From NCBI RefSeq assembly GCF_004010195.1, contig NC_057760.1:3621907-3647284 (forward strand): DNA of 25,378 nucleotides, written 5' to 3'. The translations under genes were made by a program, and so were the position numbers. Positions 10,636 to 22,506 of the stretch are shown in pieces (position 1 is the first letter of the stretch; the number at the start of each line of letters is the position of its first letter). The notes beneath the pieces are model-generated. The model was not told the origin of the DNA. It searched no databases and worked only from the letters and a program-made list of their open reading frames with translations. Source of the DNA: Chiloscyllium plagiosum. Its lineage: Eukaryota.

Positions 10636-13600
10636 TGTGCTCACAGTGTCCCACTGTATTAGCAGTGTACTCAGTGTCCCACTGTATGAACAGTGTACTC
10701 GCAGTGCCCCACTGTATGAGCAGTGTACTCGCAGTGCCCCACTGTATGAGCAGTGTCCTCGCAGTGTCCCACTGTATGAGCAGTGTGCTCACAGTGTCCC
10801 ACTGTATGAACAGTGTACTCGCAGTGTCCCACTGTATGAGCAGTGTCCTCACAGTGTCCCACTGTATGAGCAGTGTCCTCACAGTGTCCCACTGTATAAG
10901 CAGTGTCCTCACAGTGTCCCACTGTATGCGCAGTGTCCTCACAGTGTCCCACTGTATGAGCAGTGTCCTCGCAGTGCCCCACTATATGCGCAGTGTCCTC
11001 ACAGTGTCCCACTGTATGAGCAGTGTCCTCACAGTACCCCACTGTATGAGCAGTGTCCTCACAGTGTCCCACTGTATGAGCAGTGTCCTCGCAGTGCCCC
11101 ACAGTATGAGCAGTGTCCTCGCAGTGTCCCACTGTATTAACAGTGTCCTCACAGTGCCCCACTGTATGAGCAGTGTCCTCACAGTGCCCCACTGTATTAG
11201 CAGTGTCGTCGCAGTGTCAAACTGTATTAGCAGTGTCCTCACAGTGTCCCACTGTATGAGCAGTGTACTTGCAGTGTCCCACTGTATGAGCAGTGTCCTC
11301 ACAGTGTCCCACTGTATTAACAGTGTACTCGCAGTGCCCCACTGTATGAGAAGTGTCCTCGCAGTGCCCCACTGTATGAGAAGTGTCCTCACAGCGCCCC
11401 ACTGTATGAGCAGTGTCCTCACAGCGCCCCACTGTATGAGCAGTGTGCTCACAGTGCCCCACTGTATTAGCAGTGTCCTCACAGTGTCCCACTGTATGAG
11501 CAGTGTCCTCGCAGTGCCCCACTGTATGAGCAGTGTCCTCGCAGTGTCCCACTGTATGAGTAGTGTACTCGCAGTGCCCCACTGTATGAGCAGTGTCCTC
11601 GCAGTGTCCCACTGTATGAGTAGTGTCCTCGCAGTGCCCCACTGTATGAGCAGTGTCCTCGCAGTGCCCCACTGTATGAGCAGTGTCCTCACAGTGTCCC
11701 ACTGTATGAGCAATGTCCTCACAGTGTCCCACTGTATGAGTAGTGTACTCGCAGTGTCCCACTGTATGAGCAGTGTACTCACAGTGCCCCACTGTATGAG
11801 CAGTGCACACGCAGTGTCCCACTGTATGAGCAGTGTCCTCACAGAGTCCCACTGTATTAGCAGTGTCCTCACAGTGTCCCACTGTATGAGCAGTGTCCTC
11901 GCAGTGTCCCACTGTATGAGTACTGTACTCGCAGTGTCCCACTGTATGAGCAGTGCACACGCAGTGTCCCACTGTATGAGCAGTGTGCTCACAGTGCCCC
12001 ACTGTATGAGCAGTGTACTCACAGTGTCCCACTGTATGAGCAGTGTCCTCGCAGTGCCCCACTGTATGAGCAGTGTCCTCACAGTGTCCCACTGTATTAG
12101 CAGAGTCCTCGCAGTGCCCCACTGTATGAGCAGTGTCCTCGCAGTGCCCCACTGTATGAGCAGTGTCCTCACAGTGTCCCACTGTATGAGCAGTGTACTT
12201 GCAGTGTCCCACTGTATGAGCAGTGTCCTCACAGTGTCCCACTGTATGAACAGTGTCCTCACAGTGTCCCACTGTATGCGCAGTGTCCTCACAGTGCCCC
12301 ACTGTATGAGTAGTGTCCTCACAGTGCCCCACTGTATGAGCAGTGTCCTCGCAGTGCCCCACTGTATGAGCAGTGTCCTCGCATGGTCCAACTGTATTAG
12401 CAGTGTCCTCACAGTGCCCCACTGTATGAGCAGTGTCCTCACAGTGCCCCACTGTATGAGCAGTGTGCTCACAGTACCCCACTGTATGCGCAGTGTCCTC
12501 ACAGTGCCCCACTGTATGAGCAGTGTCCTCGCAGTGCCCCACTGTATGCGCAGTGTCCTCACAGTGCCCCACTGTATGAGCAGTGTCCTCACAGTGCCCC
12601 ACTGTATGAGCAGTGTGCTCACAGTACCCCACTGTATGCGCAGTGTCCTCACAGTGCCCCACTGTATGCGCAGTGTCCTCACAGTGTCCCACTGTATGAG
12701 CAGTGTCCTCGCAGTGCCCCACTGTATGACCAGTGTCCTCGCAGTGCCCCACTGTATGAGCAGTGTCCTCACAGTGTCCCACTGTATGAGCAGTGTCCTC
12801 CCAGTGCCCCACTGTATGAGCAGTGTCCTCGCAGTGTCCCACTGTATGAGCAGTGTCCTCACAGTGTCTCACTGTATTAACAGTGTCCTCGCAGTGCCCC
12901 ACTGTATGCGCAGTGTCCTCGCAGTGCCCCACTGTATGAGCAGTGTCCTCACAGTGTCCCACTGTATTAGCAGTGTCCTCACAGTGTCCCACTGTATGAG
13001 CAGTGCACACGCAGTGCCCCACTGTATGAGCAGTGTCCTCACAGTGTCTCACTGTATTAACAGTGTCCTCACAGTGCCCCACTGTATGAGCAGTGTCCTC
13101 ACAGTGTCCCACTGTATGAGCAGTGTCCTCACAGTGTCCCACTGTATTAACAGTGTCCTCACAGTGCCCACTGTATGAGCAGTGTCCTCGCAGTGCCCCA
13201 CTGTACTCGCAGTGTCCTCACAGTATCTCACTGTATTAACAGTGTCCTCACAGTGCCCCACTGTATGAGCAGTGTCCTCACAGTGCCCCACTGTATGAGC
13301 AGTGTCCTCGCAGTGCCCCACTGTATGAGCAGTGTCCTCACAGTGTCCCACTGTATGAGCAGTGTCCTCCCAGTGTCCCACTGTATGAGTAGTGTCCTCG
13401 CAGTGCCCCACTGTATGAGTAGTGTCCTCGCAGTGTCCCACTGTATGCACAGTGTCCTCACAGTGTCCCACTGTATGCGCAGTGTCCTCACAGTGTCCCA
13501 CTGTATGCGCAGTGTCCTCACAGTGTCCCACTGTATGGCAGTGTCCTTCACAGTGCCCCACTGTATGAGCAGTGTCCTCACAGTGTCCCACTGTATGAGC

Positions 13601-14187
13601 AGTGTCCTCACAGTGTCCCACTGTATGAGCAGTGTCCTCACAGTGTCCCACTGTATGAGCAGTGTCCTCACAGTGTCCCACTGTATGAGCAGTGTCCTCA
13701 CAGTGTCCCACTGTATGAGCAGTGTCCTCACAGTGTCCCACTGTATGAGCAGTGTCCTCACAGTGTCCCACTGTATGAGCAGTGTCCTCACAGTGTCCCA
13801 CTGTATGAGCAGTGTCCTCACAGTGTCCCACTGTATGAGCAGTGTCCTCACAGTGTCCCACTGTATGAGCAGTGTCCTCACAGTGTCCCACTGTATGAGC
13901 AGTGTCCTCACAGTGTCCCACTGTATGAGCAGTGTCCTCACAGTGTCCCACTGTATGAGCAGTGTCCTCACAGTGTCCCACTGTATGAGCAGTGTCCTCA
14001 CAGTGTCCCACTGTATGAGCAGTGTCCTCACAGTGTCCCACTGTATGAGCAGTGTCCTCACAGTGCCCCACTGTATGCGCAGTGTCCTCACAGTGCCCCA
14101 CTGTATGAGCAGTGTCCTCGCAGTGCCCCACTGTATGAGCAGTGTCCTCACAGTGTCCCACTGTATGCGCAGTGTCCTCACAGCGCC
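10636..14187. repeat. 30-bp minisatellite, about 118 units
   Basis: Unit CAGTGTCCTCACAGTGTCCCACTGTATGAG with variant positions. A 1-bp deletion lies near 13168, and there is a homogeneous block around 13560-14060. Confidence 0.97.
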
Positions 14188-14504
14188 CGTCCTAGCTCTG
14201 GTCAGAGATGAAGGGCCTTCCACTCACCACAAGGAACAGACCATTCCCTGACTGCATCGAGGTGTTGTGTAAAACACCAAACACCACCTGGTCAGGATTA
14301 AGCTTCTTTGCTCTGGGCTTTCTTTACAAGAGTTTTTCCTTCAAAGTTGGGTGCAGTAATTGGGACATTGAGGTGGAATCTGTCCTAGTTGGTGAAGAGG
14401 AAGTGGAGGGGCAATTGTTACATACACCTCCATCCCACCCTCTGGTGCCTCGGCCAGATATCTCTCTTTCTCTTCGGGCATTGTTCCCATTGCCACTAGA
14501 TATA

Positions 14505-14825
14505 AGCGGGGACCTGGCTTCTCAGTCAGAAGGTTGTAGGTTCAAGTCCCACTCCAGATCCTTCAATACTTCACCCAAGCCCGACAATGTTTTAGTGTTA
14601 TGGATGAGACTTGAAACCAATCTTCCACCTACCTCTTCAGTGAATGGAAGAGATCCCATGGCACTATTTTGAGTTAGAACAAGGGAGTTCCTGAGCTGGT
14701 CTGGCCAATCTTTAACCTTTGATTAACGTCATTGAAATAACAGAAGAACAGGCCATGTTATTAATTGTGGGATCTTACTGTGTGCACATTGGCTGCTGTG
14801 TTTCTAACATGCTGATAGTGACTAA
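14505..14825 (+). mobile_element. Deu-domain SINE (SacSINE1/AmnSINE1-like)
   Basis: tRNA-like head TCAGAAGGTTGTAGGTTCAAGTCCCACTCCAG. Deu-like core AGATCCCATGGCACTATTTTGA...GGGAGTTC...CTGGCCAAT...TGTGGGATCTTACTGTGTGCACATTGGCTGCTGTGTTTC. Family identified from memory of the consensus. Confidence 0.75.
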
Positions 14826-15000
14826 GCATCAGAAGAGGACCACATGATGCCAGGCCATGAAAAACACTCTGTCAATACAACCCTTCATTCAAGCAGTTTT
14901 AACGTGACACATGGTGTGAATTGTGATGTTTTAAGATATCACCCTCTAGATTCCAGAGCAAGATCTGTGAGTTCAGGGATATGCTGGAATTTCAGCTTGC

Positions 15001-15500
15001 NNNNNNNNNNNNNNNNNNNNNNNNNNNNNNNNNNNNNNNNNNNNNNNNNNNNNNNNNNNNNNNNNNNNNNNNNNNNNNNNNNNNNNNNNNNNNNNNNNNN
15101 NNNNNNNNNNNNNNNNNNNNNNNNNNNNNNNNNNNNNNNNNNNNNNNNNNNNNNNNNNNNNNNNNNNNNNNNNNNNNNNNNNNNNNNNNNNNNNNNNNNN
15201 NNNNNNNNNNNNNNNNNNNNNNNNNNNNNNNNNNNNNNNNNNNNNNNNNNNNNNNNNNNNNNNNNNNNNNNNNNNNNNNNNNNNNNNNNNNNNNNNNNNN
15301 NNNNNNNNNNNNNNNNNNNNNNNNNNNNNNNNNNNNNNNNNNNNNNNNNNNNNNNNNNNNNNNNNNNNNNNNNNNNNNNNNNNNNNNNNNNNNNNNNNNN
15401 NNNNNNNNNNNNNNNNNNNNNNNNNNNNNNNNNNNNNNNNNNNNNNNNNNNNNNNNNNNNNNNNNNNNNNNNNNNNNNNNNNNNNNNNNNNNNNNNNNNN
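15001..15500. other. Assembly gap (exactly 500 N)
   Basis: Run of N. The round length suggests a scaffolding placeholder of unknown true size. Confidence 0.99.
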
Positions 15501-15609
15501 AAACAACATAATGATCCTTTCCCATTCTACTTCATGTTCAAATATTTCCTCAATGCACTTATCCCACTCAATGTACATATCCGTTTATGTGATTAACCTT
15601 GGGAAGCTA

Positions 15610-16185
15610 TAAAATAGGAAGTGCAGTAGTCCTTTTGGACGATGGAGTTTTCTACCCAATTCAATATAATGATGGCTAGCCCTTTATTTCCACACCGTGC
15701 TCTTGCTCTCTGCCCCACCCCATCCTTTTAGTGTCACAAAATTCTTATTTACATTCAGTGTCGTGGCTTGCAGGTGCGAAAACATTCCCCATGTTCACCA
15801 ATCTGTAAGTGCAGACATTTATTCTCATTTCAGTGCAGAGTGCATTGCCTGTACATGGTACTGTGCCCATTGTTTTAGACACCACAGCCTCGGGAATTAT
15901 CACCCCTGCTTCAAATCTGTCTCACCCTGTCAGAGTTTTATATATTTCACTGAGATCTCCACACCTTTTCATAAAGCCCATGGAATAAAGGCCCATTCAC
16001 CCCAAACTCTGCTCCCACAACAAGCTTGTTATTCCAGAGGTCATTTTGGTCATCCTTCGCTGCTCTTCCTCGATGTCAGGTTTGTCCTTTATGAGGTACG
16101 GAGATCAAAACTGCCCACAATGCTGCACAATGTTCGAGATGGGGGTCTCCCCATGCGCCTGTACAGCTGCACTGAGACACCCTTA
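15610..16185 (-). mobile_element. Highly decayed CR1 3' fragment
   Basis: ATAGGAAGTGCAGTAGTCCTTTTGG resembles the reverse CR1 terminus. GGTACGGAGATCAAAACTGCCCACAATGCT is the reverse of HC.QF.SP.L. Confidence 0.55.
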
Positions 16186-16312
16186 CTCCGGGATTCTGAT
16201 ACTGGGAGATTCAGTGATGGTAACACCATTGAATGCCAAGGGGCAGTGGTTAGATTGTATTTTATTGATGATGGTCACGGTCTGGCATTTGTGTGTCGTC
16301 AATATTACTTGC

Positions 16313-16416
16313 AACATTCTCATTCCTGATGAAGGGCTTATGCCCGAAACGTCGATTCTCCTGTTCCTTGGATGCTGACTGACCTGCTGTGCTTTACCAG
16401 CAACACATTTTCAGCT
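16313..16416 (+). mobile_element. ~104-bp Penelope-like pLTR mini-insert with hammerhead-like motif, nested in the LINE
   Basis: Homologous to 79-160 and 23058-23140. Flanked by CTTGC at 16308-16312 and 16417-16421. Confidence 0.75.
16322..16357 (+). ncRNA. Minimal type-I hammerhead ribozyme-like core (copy 2, most intact)
   Basis: CUGAUGA (16326-16332), stem II GGGC-UUAU-GCCC, GAAA (16346-16349), CGUC (16350-16353). Short stem I: AUUC pairs with GAUU with one mismatch. Confidence 0.55.
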
Positions 16417-17072
16417 CTTGCCACATATCAGCCTGGATACTGTACAGATCTTGTCGCATTTGGACATGGATTGCTTCAGTTTCTGAGGAGCCACAAACGT
16501 TGCTGAACATGATGCATTCATTGGCGACCATCCCCACTTCTGACATTATAATAGAGGGAAGGTCATTGATGAAGCAGACCTGAAGACACTTGGGCCTAGG
16601 CCACTGTCCGAGGGATTCCTACAGACTTGTCCTGGAGCTGAGTTTATTGACTTTCATCAGCCATGACCATCTTCCTACATGTCAGGTATGATCATAACCA
16701 GCAGGGACTTTGCCCCGATACCCATTGATTCCAGTTTTGTGAAGGCCCCTTGATGCCACACTTGGTCGAAGGCAGCCTTGAGTTAAAGCCCTGTCACTCT
16801 CACTCCACCTCTGGAATTCAGCTGTTTTGTCCATGTTTGAACCACGGTAATGAGGTCAGGATCTGAGTGGCTCTGGGGGACCCCAAACTGGGCGTCATTG
16901 ACCAGGTTATAGCTGAGCAAGTGCTGCTTAAAAGTATTGACACCTTCCATCACTTTACTGATGATCGAGAGGAGACTGATGGGGTGGTAATTGGCTGAAT
17001 TGGATTTGTTCTACTATTTATATGCAGGAGATACTTGGGTACTTTTCCACACAATCGGGTAACTGTCGTTGT

Positions 17073-18211
17073 TGTAACTGTATTGGAACTGTTTGGCTAT
17101 GGAAGTGGCAAGTTTTAGAGCACAAGTTTTCAGTACTATTGCCAGAATGTAGTCAGTGTATGTACCCTTTGGAGTATCCAGTGTCTATAACCGTTTCTGG
17201 ATATCGCGTGGACTAAATGGAATTGCTGATGACTGGTAACTGAATTCCTGAGGACCACTGAAGGAGGCCAAGATGGATCATCCACTAAGCATTTCTGACT
17301 GAAGATTGTTGCGTATGCATCAACCTTATATTTTGCACTGAAGTGCTGGGCTATTGCATCATTAAGGATGGGGATACTTGTGGAATCTCCTCCTCCAATG
17401 ACTTGTTTAATTGCCCCTAACGTTTCTCGACGAGATGTGGCATAACTGCAGAGCTTAGATCTGATCCGTTGCGTTTTGGGATCACATAGCTCTTTCTGTC
17501 ACTTACTGCTTATGCCGTTTGACACACAAGTTGTCCTGTTTGGTGGCTTCAATAGGCTGACACCTCATTTTCAGGTTTGCCTGGTGCTGTCCCTGCCATC
17601 CTGGACACTACATTGAATCAGGGTTGATCACCTGGCTTGATGTGTAACTGTATTGGAACTGTTTGGCTAGGGAAGTGGCAAGTTCTAGAGCACAAGTTTT
17701 CAGTACTATTGCCAGAATGTAGTCAGTGTATGTACCCTTTGGAGTATCCAGTGTCTATAACCGTTTCTGGATATCGCGTGGACTAAATGGAATTGCTGAT
17801 GACTGGTAACTGAATTCCTGAGGACCACTGAAGGAGGCCAAGATGGATCATCCACTCAGCATTTCTGACTGAAGATTGTTGCGAATGCATCAACCGTATA
17901 TTTTGCACTGAAGTGCTGGGCTATTGCATCATTAAGGATGGGGATACTTGTGGAATCTCCTCCTCCAATGACTTGTTTAATTGCCTCTAACGTTTCTCGA
18001 CGAGATGTGGCATAACTGCAGAGCTTAGATCTGATCCGTTGCTTTTGGGATCACATAGCTCTGTCTGTCACTTACTGCTTATGCCGTTTGGCACACAAGT
18101 TGTCCTGTTTGGTGGCTTCAACAGGCTGACACCTCATTTTCAGGTTTGCCTGGTGCTGTTCCTGCCATCCTGCACACTCCATTGAACCAGGGTTGATCAT
18201 CTGGCTTGATG
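17073..18211. repeat. 570-bp tandem duplication inside the LINE (17073-17642 and 17643-18211)
   Basis: Both copies start TGTAACTGTATTGGAACTGTTTGGC and end CTGGCTTGATG. By eye there are about 15 differences including one 1-bp indel. Confidence 0.95.
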
Positions 18212-19569
18212 GCAACTGGTGTGAGGGGGATATGCCAGACATGAGGTTGGGCTGAAGTACAATTCTGCTGCTATCAATGACCCACGACACCTGATGGACA
18301 CCCAGATTTGAGCTGCTAGATCTGTTCGAAGTCTGTCCTATTCAGCACCGTGATAGTACCACCCAAAATGGTGGAGGTTATTCTCAATGTGAAGGTGTGC
18401 CTTTGCTCCACAATGACTATGTGATGATCACACTTACGGATACTGTCATGGACAGATACTTCTGCAACTGGTAGTTTTGTAAGGCTGTGGTCAAATATGT
18501 CTTTTCCCTCTTGTCGGTGCCTTCACCACCTGCCATAGACCGAGTCGAGAAGTTATATCTTTTAGGAACCAACCAGCTCAATTAGTAATGCTGTTGCCGA
18601 ACCACTCTTTTTGTGGACATTGCAATCCCCCACCAGAGTACATTTTGTGCCTTTGCCTCCCTCCAAGTATTGATCAGCATGGAGGAGTACTGACTCATCA
18701 GTTAAGAGAGGCTGGTACATGGTAATCAGCAGGAGGTTTCCTTTCCCATGTGTAAACTAACGCCATGAGGCGTCATGGGATACAGAGACACTGTTGAGGA
18801 CTCCCAGAGCAATTCCCTTCCAATTGTATCCCACTGTTCCACCTCTTCTGCTGTGTATGTCCTGCTGCTGAGACAGGAGATATCCAGCGAAGGTGATGGT
18901 GTATCTGGAATATAGTCATACTCACAGAATCATACCATGTCAGGCTATTGCTTGACGAGTCTGTTTATTTCTATTCACTGTTTCCTGCCAGCTGTCCCAT
19001 TCTAGAAGAATGTCCATATATTCGCTCGAATCCACTAAGATTTGATTTTGCAAACTGGGCTTGGAGGTTTATCAACATTTTTCTGAAAATCATCGTGTTT
19101 TACATCCATTGCTTCTCTTTCATTTGTCTCCCAGTCTGTTTCTTAAACATAATTCACATTTCATAAATCTATGTTAAATTTGTCTATGACCATTACTTTC
19201 AGTCCCAATAATTTCTCCCAAGCCATTTACTTACTATGTTCTATTTTCCATGTAATATTTCGTTTTCCACACCAGATTTGTTTTTTTTTCTGGTATTGTC
19301 AGAAAGTTCTGTGAAGACAGAACTAAAATAGTAGATTCATAGTTTTGCCATTTCCCTGTTTCTCATTCTCCATTCTCTGGTTTCAAACTGGAAGGACCCT
19401 GCACTGTTTTTTCATACTTCTCACATTGACATAATTTGACAAGCTGTAACAGTTCACTCTTATAAACTTTGTGAACATTATCTTCAGAAACCCATCAGTT
19501 CCTGTCTTAAGCTGGTCAATAATTGAACTTCCACATCACATACTCACAGGAGCATAGTCTCTGTGCCAA

Positions 19570-21300
19570 TAGAAATACAGCATGATATATATTGGCCCCA
19601 CTTTCCAACACCAGGCCCATAGCCTGGAATGTTATGACACTTCCAAGTGCTCATCGAAGTACTTTTAACGGTTGAGAGGTTACCCGTGATAACTCCCCTT
19701 TCAGGAAGTACATTCCAGACCCCAACACTCTCTGGGTGGAAAAAAAGTAATCTTTAAATCCTCTCTGAACCTCAAACCCTTCACTTTAAAAATGTGCTCC
19801 CTTGTTATTGACATTCTGTCTAAAAGGAACAGCTGCTGTCTATCTACCCTGTCCATGCCCCTCGTTATCTTATCCTTCTGAATCACATCCCCCGCAGCCT
19901 CTCTGTCCAAAGTAAACAACCCGAGCTTATCCAGCCTCTCTCCATAGCTGATATGCTCCATCCCAGGGAACATCCTAGTGAATCTCCTCTGCAACCCCTT
20001 CAGTACAATCACATATTTCCTGTAATGTGGGTCCCAGAACTACATATAGTACTCCATCATGGACTAAACAAAGCCCTGTATAGCACTTATAATCTATGCC
20101 CTGATTAATAAACGCTACACCCAAGGTTCAATTCTTAACTAGTTCCATTACTAGTTCAGTCACATTCAGGGATGTGTGGAAATACACCCTCTGAGCTTCC
20201 TATTGTGCTGCCAATCATTGTGTACACCCAATGTCTGGTTCCTCCTTCCAAAGTACATCACCTCATATTGATCAGGATTACATTACATCTGCCATTGATC
20301 TGCCCATCTGATCATTCCACTTGTATCTTCCTGCAAAATCAGACCTTCGTCCTCACTGCCAATCACCCGGCCAATCTTTGTGTCAACCACAAACTTATTT
20401 ATCACAACTCCCACCACTCCACCCCCACCCTCCCCCCACAGATGCACATCTATACCATTTATGAATGCTACAAATAATAAGGGACACAGCACCGATCCCT
20501 GTGGACACCAGCGAACACTGGTCGCCAGTCACACAAACAGCATTCTCCGATCTCCCTCTGCCTCCTGACACTAAGACAATTTTCGTTGCAACTTGTAAAG
20601 TTATCCTTCATACTGTGAGATTTTAGTTTTTTTTTCAGCTTCCCATGTGGAACTTTGTCAAAGGCCTTGCTGCAAAATTAAATAAGCGACCTCCTCAAAC
20701 TAATTCAATCAAATCCACTAAATGTGACTTATCTCTGATAAGGTCATGATGATTATCCCTGATCAAACCTTGCCAATTCTGATTGGAATTCAATTTTCTC
20801 CTTCCCTATTTTCTCCAGTAGTTTCCCTAACAATGATCTAATACTCGCTCGTCTATAGTTCCCTGGTCTATCTCTACGACCCTTACTGTGAATTTGGAAT
20901 CATATTAGCTGCTCCCCAGTCCTCTGGCACCTCCCCTATGGTCAGATTCTAATTAAAATTTCCAGTCAGGGTCTTTCCTCCCTTGATTCCAACAGTATCC
21001 AGAGCTGTGGATTGGTCCAATTTTATACCAGACAAAGCCTCAAACCCCTGTTCGTAATTTACATCAATCTCTTCAAGAGCTTTCCAGTCCATCTTCTCGA
21101 ATTCTGTACCTGCATCCTCCTTCTCTCAAGTAAAACAGCGGTGATAGTCTCATGTCGCAATCTATCAATGTTCTACGGATTGACACACTGATTGCCCCTT
21201 TGGTTTCTAATTGACACTAACGGTTGCTGATTATTCTGTTCTACTTGTATGCGTAGAATATCATGGGATTCTGCCTAATCTCGCCTGCTTGCGCTTCTCC
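19570..21300 (-). mobile_element. Decayed CR1 LINE ORF2 plus 3' end
   Basis: Minus ORFs LKGLQRRFTRMFPGMEHISYGERLDKLGLF and PLLFVAFINGID..INKFVVDTKIG..LQED....RWADQWQM. GTGGAACTTTGTCAAAGGCCTTGCTG is the reverse of SKAFDKVPH. Confidence 0.85.
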
Positions 21301-21314
21301 ATGTCACTCTGTTA

Positions 21315-22480
21315 TTCTCTCCCCTCTATGTTTCTAAGTTTCACTACAATCACCTTTGATCTTTTGAAACTCGAGATCACAGGCTGAATTTCCCCCATAA
21401 GACAATCTTGCCATTTTAGGGATAAATCTGAAGAATACCTTTTGCAGTTCCTCTGTAGGCTGTATATTCTATCTTTGACTGGGACTCCAAATGGTACACA
21501 ATACTTTAAGTTTAATCTCAGCAACACTCTATGCAGCTGACACACAACATCTTCTGTATTCCAATTGCATTCACATGAATGTAAACCTAATTTTTAGTTT
21601 CCTATTTGCATGTGTTCTTCCCAATTCCTTTCACTTTAACTTTTCTTATGATATCAGTGTGAGAGTTCTGAAAAGAAGGTTCTCCTGATTATCCAACTAT
21701 ACGTTCTCCCTTAGCTCCTCATTGCCTACGTCCACAAGAATCATCTTCAAACCATTCCAAAAAATGTTTGCCACTTATAGTTTTCCTTTCATCGATGCTT
21801 TATCATACTCCCCAGTTTCGTCATTACCTTCTATATATCCAGTAACACGTTCTTTGTAATCGAGCCCAACAGACCAAAGATTACAAGTTACTGGTCTGTA
21901 GTTCACCACTCTCCATCTTCATTCTTTCTTAAACTGGCGGATAATATTTATAACCTTTGCCTTATCCAGATTGGCTAAATATCTTTCTGGAATGTATTGG
22001 AAACTATTGTGAAAATCTGCGATGCACTCAACATGTCTACTACTGAAATTCTTGTATGAAGTACATCTGATCTGTCAGATTTACAAATACTGTGTCCAGC
22101 TTCCTTTTAAAAGATGAACTCAACACTGATATGAATGATCTTAGATTTTACTTACATAAGTCCCATGGTCACTTGGTATTTCTGGGAAAATTTCTGGATA
22201 TTCTGCCTTGAAGATAGGTACAAAGAAACAGTTTCTTTCCCCTGTGATTTCTCTGTTCTCTTTAATAAATTATCCTGTCCTCACACCCACTGTTCCACAT
22301 TTGACCTTGTTTTTACTTTTGTTTCATACAGTGAAGTACGTTTTTTTTTCAGCAGACTTTATGCTTTTCTTTTGTTTGCATGCTTTTTTCCTCTTTTTCA
22401 TTTTCTTCTCAGTTTCTTGGTCATCCGTTGCTGGGTCCTGCATTTCTCTGAATCCATTAGCTTACTACAACACTTGGCAT
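21315..22480 (-). mobile_element. Very old CR1 fragments
   Basis: LNLKYCVPFG..KD (21312-21545 ORF). GTTACTGGTCTGTAGTTC at ~21887 is the reverse of NYRPVT. Boundaries are approximate. Confidence 0.5.
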
Positions 22481-22506
22481 TTTTCTAAGCTGCTTCCTTT
22501 GATCTA

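Larger units (their letters stand above)
16190..18960 (-). mobile_element. Decayed CR1/L2-group LINE ORF2 (APE endonuclease + RT), a family distinct from the other CR1 copies
   Basis: Minus-strand translation gives VGDCNVH (~18625, GDFN motif), CDH (~18430, SDH motif), LKAAFDQVWHQG (~16745-16782) and GIP..SGLGPSVF.CFINDLPSIIMSEVGMVANEC (~16515-16620, decayed FADD). Many frameshifts. Confidence 0.85.

Noticed and set aside
10636..14187. Iron-responsive-element-like CAGUGN loops (TGAG-CAGTGT-CCTCA)
   Set aside because: Lacks the 5-bp upper stem with bulged C and a properly closed 6-nt loop, and is intronic rather than in a UTR.
10389..14251. Very long ORFs (929, 641, 626, 370, 358, 331 aa) with Cys/His-rich decapeptide repeats
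   Set aside because: A 30-bp, mostly stop-free unit opens several frames on both strands at once. The array lies after a canonical donor and a 1-bp deletion shifts all frames. No evidence of coding.
14844..15596. ORFs spanning poly-X
   Set aside because: Artefacts of the N gap.
15774..15804. Possible next exon (ttgcAG|GTGCGAAAAC...CT|GTAAGT; 'RCENIP' in the ORF track)
   Set aside because: In the required phase 1 it reads GAKTFPMFTN, with no DIVIVLDGSNS motif. It lies within a decayed CR1 region.
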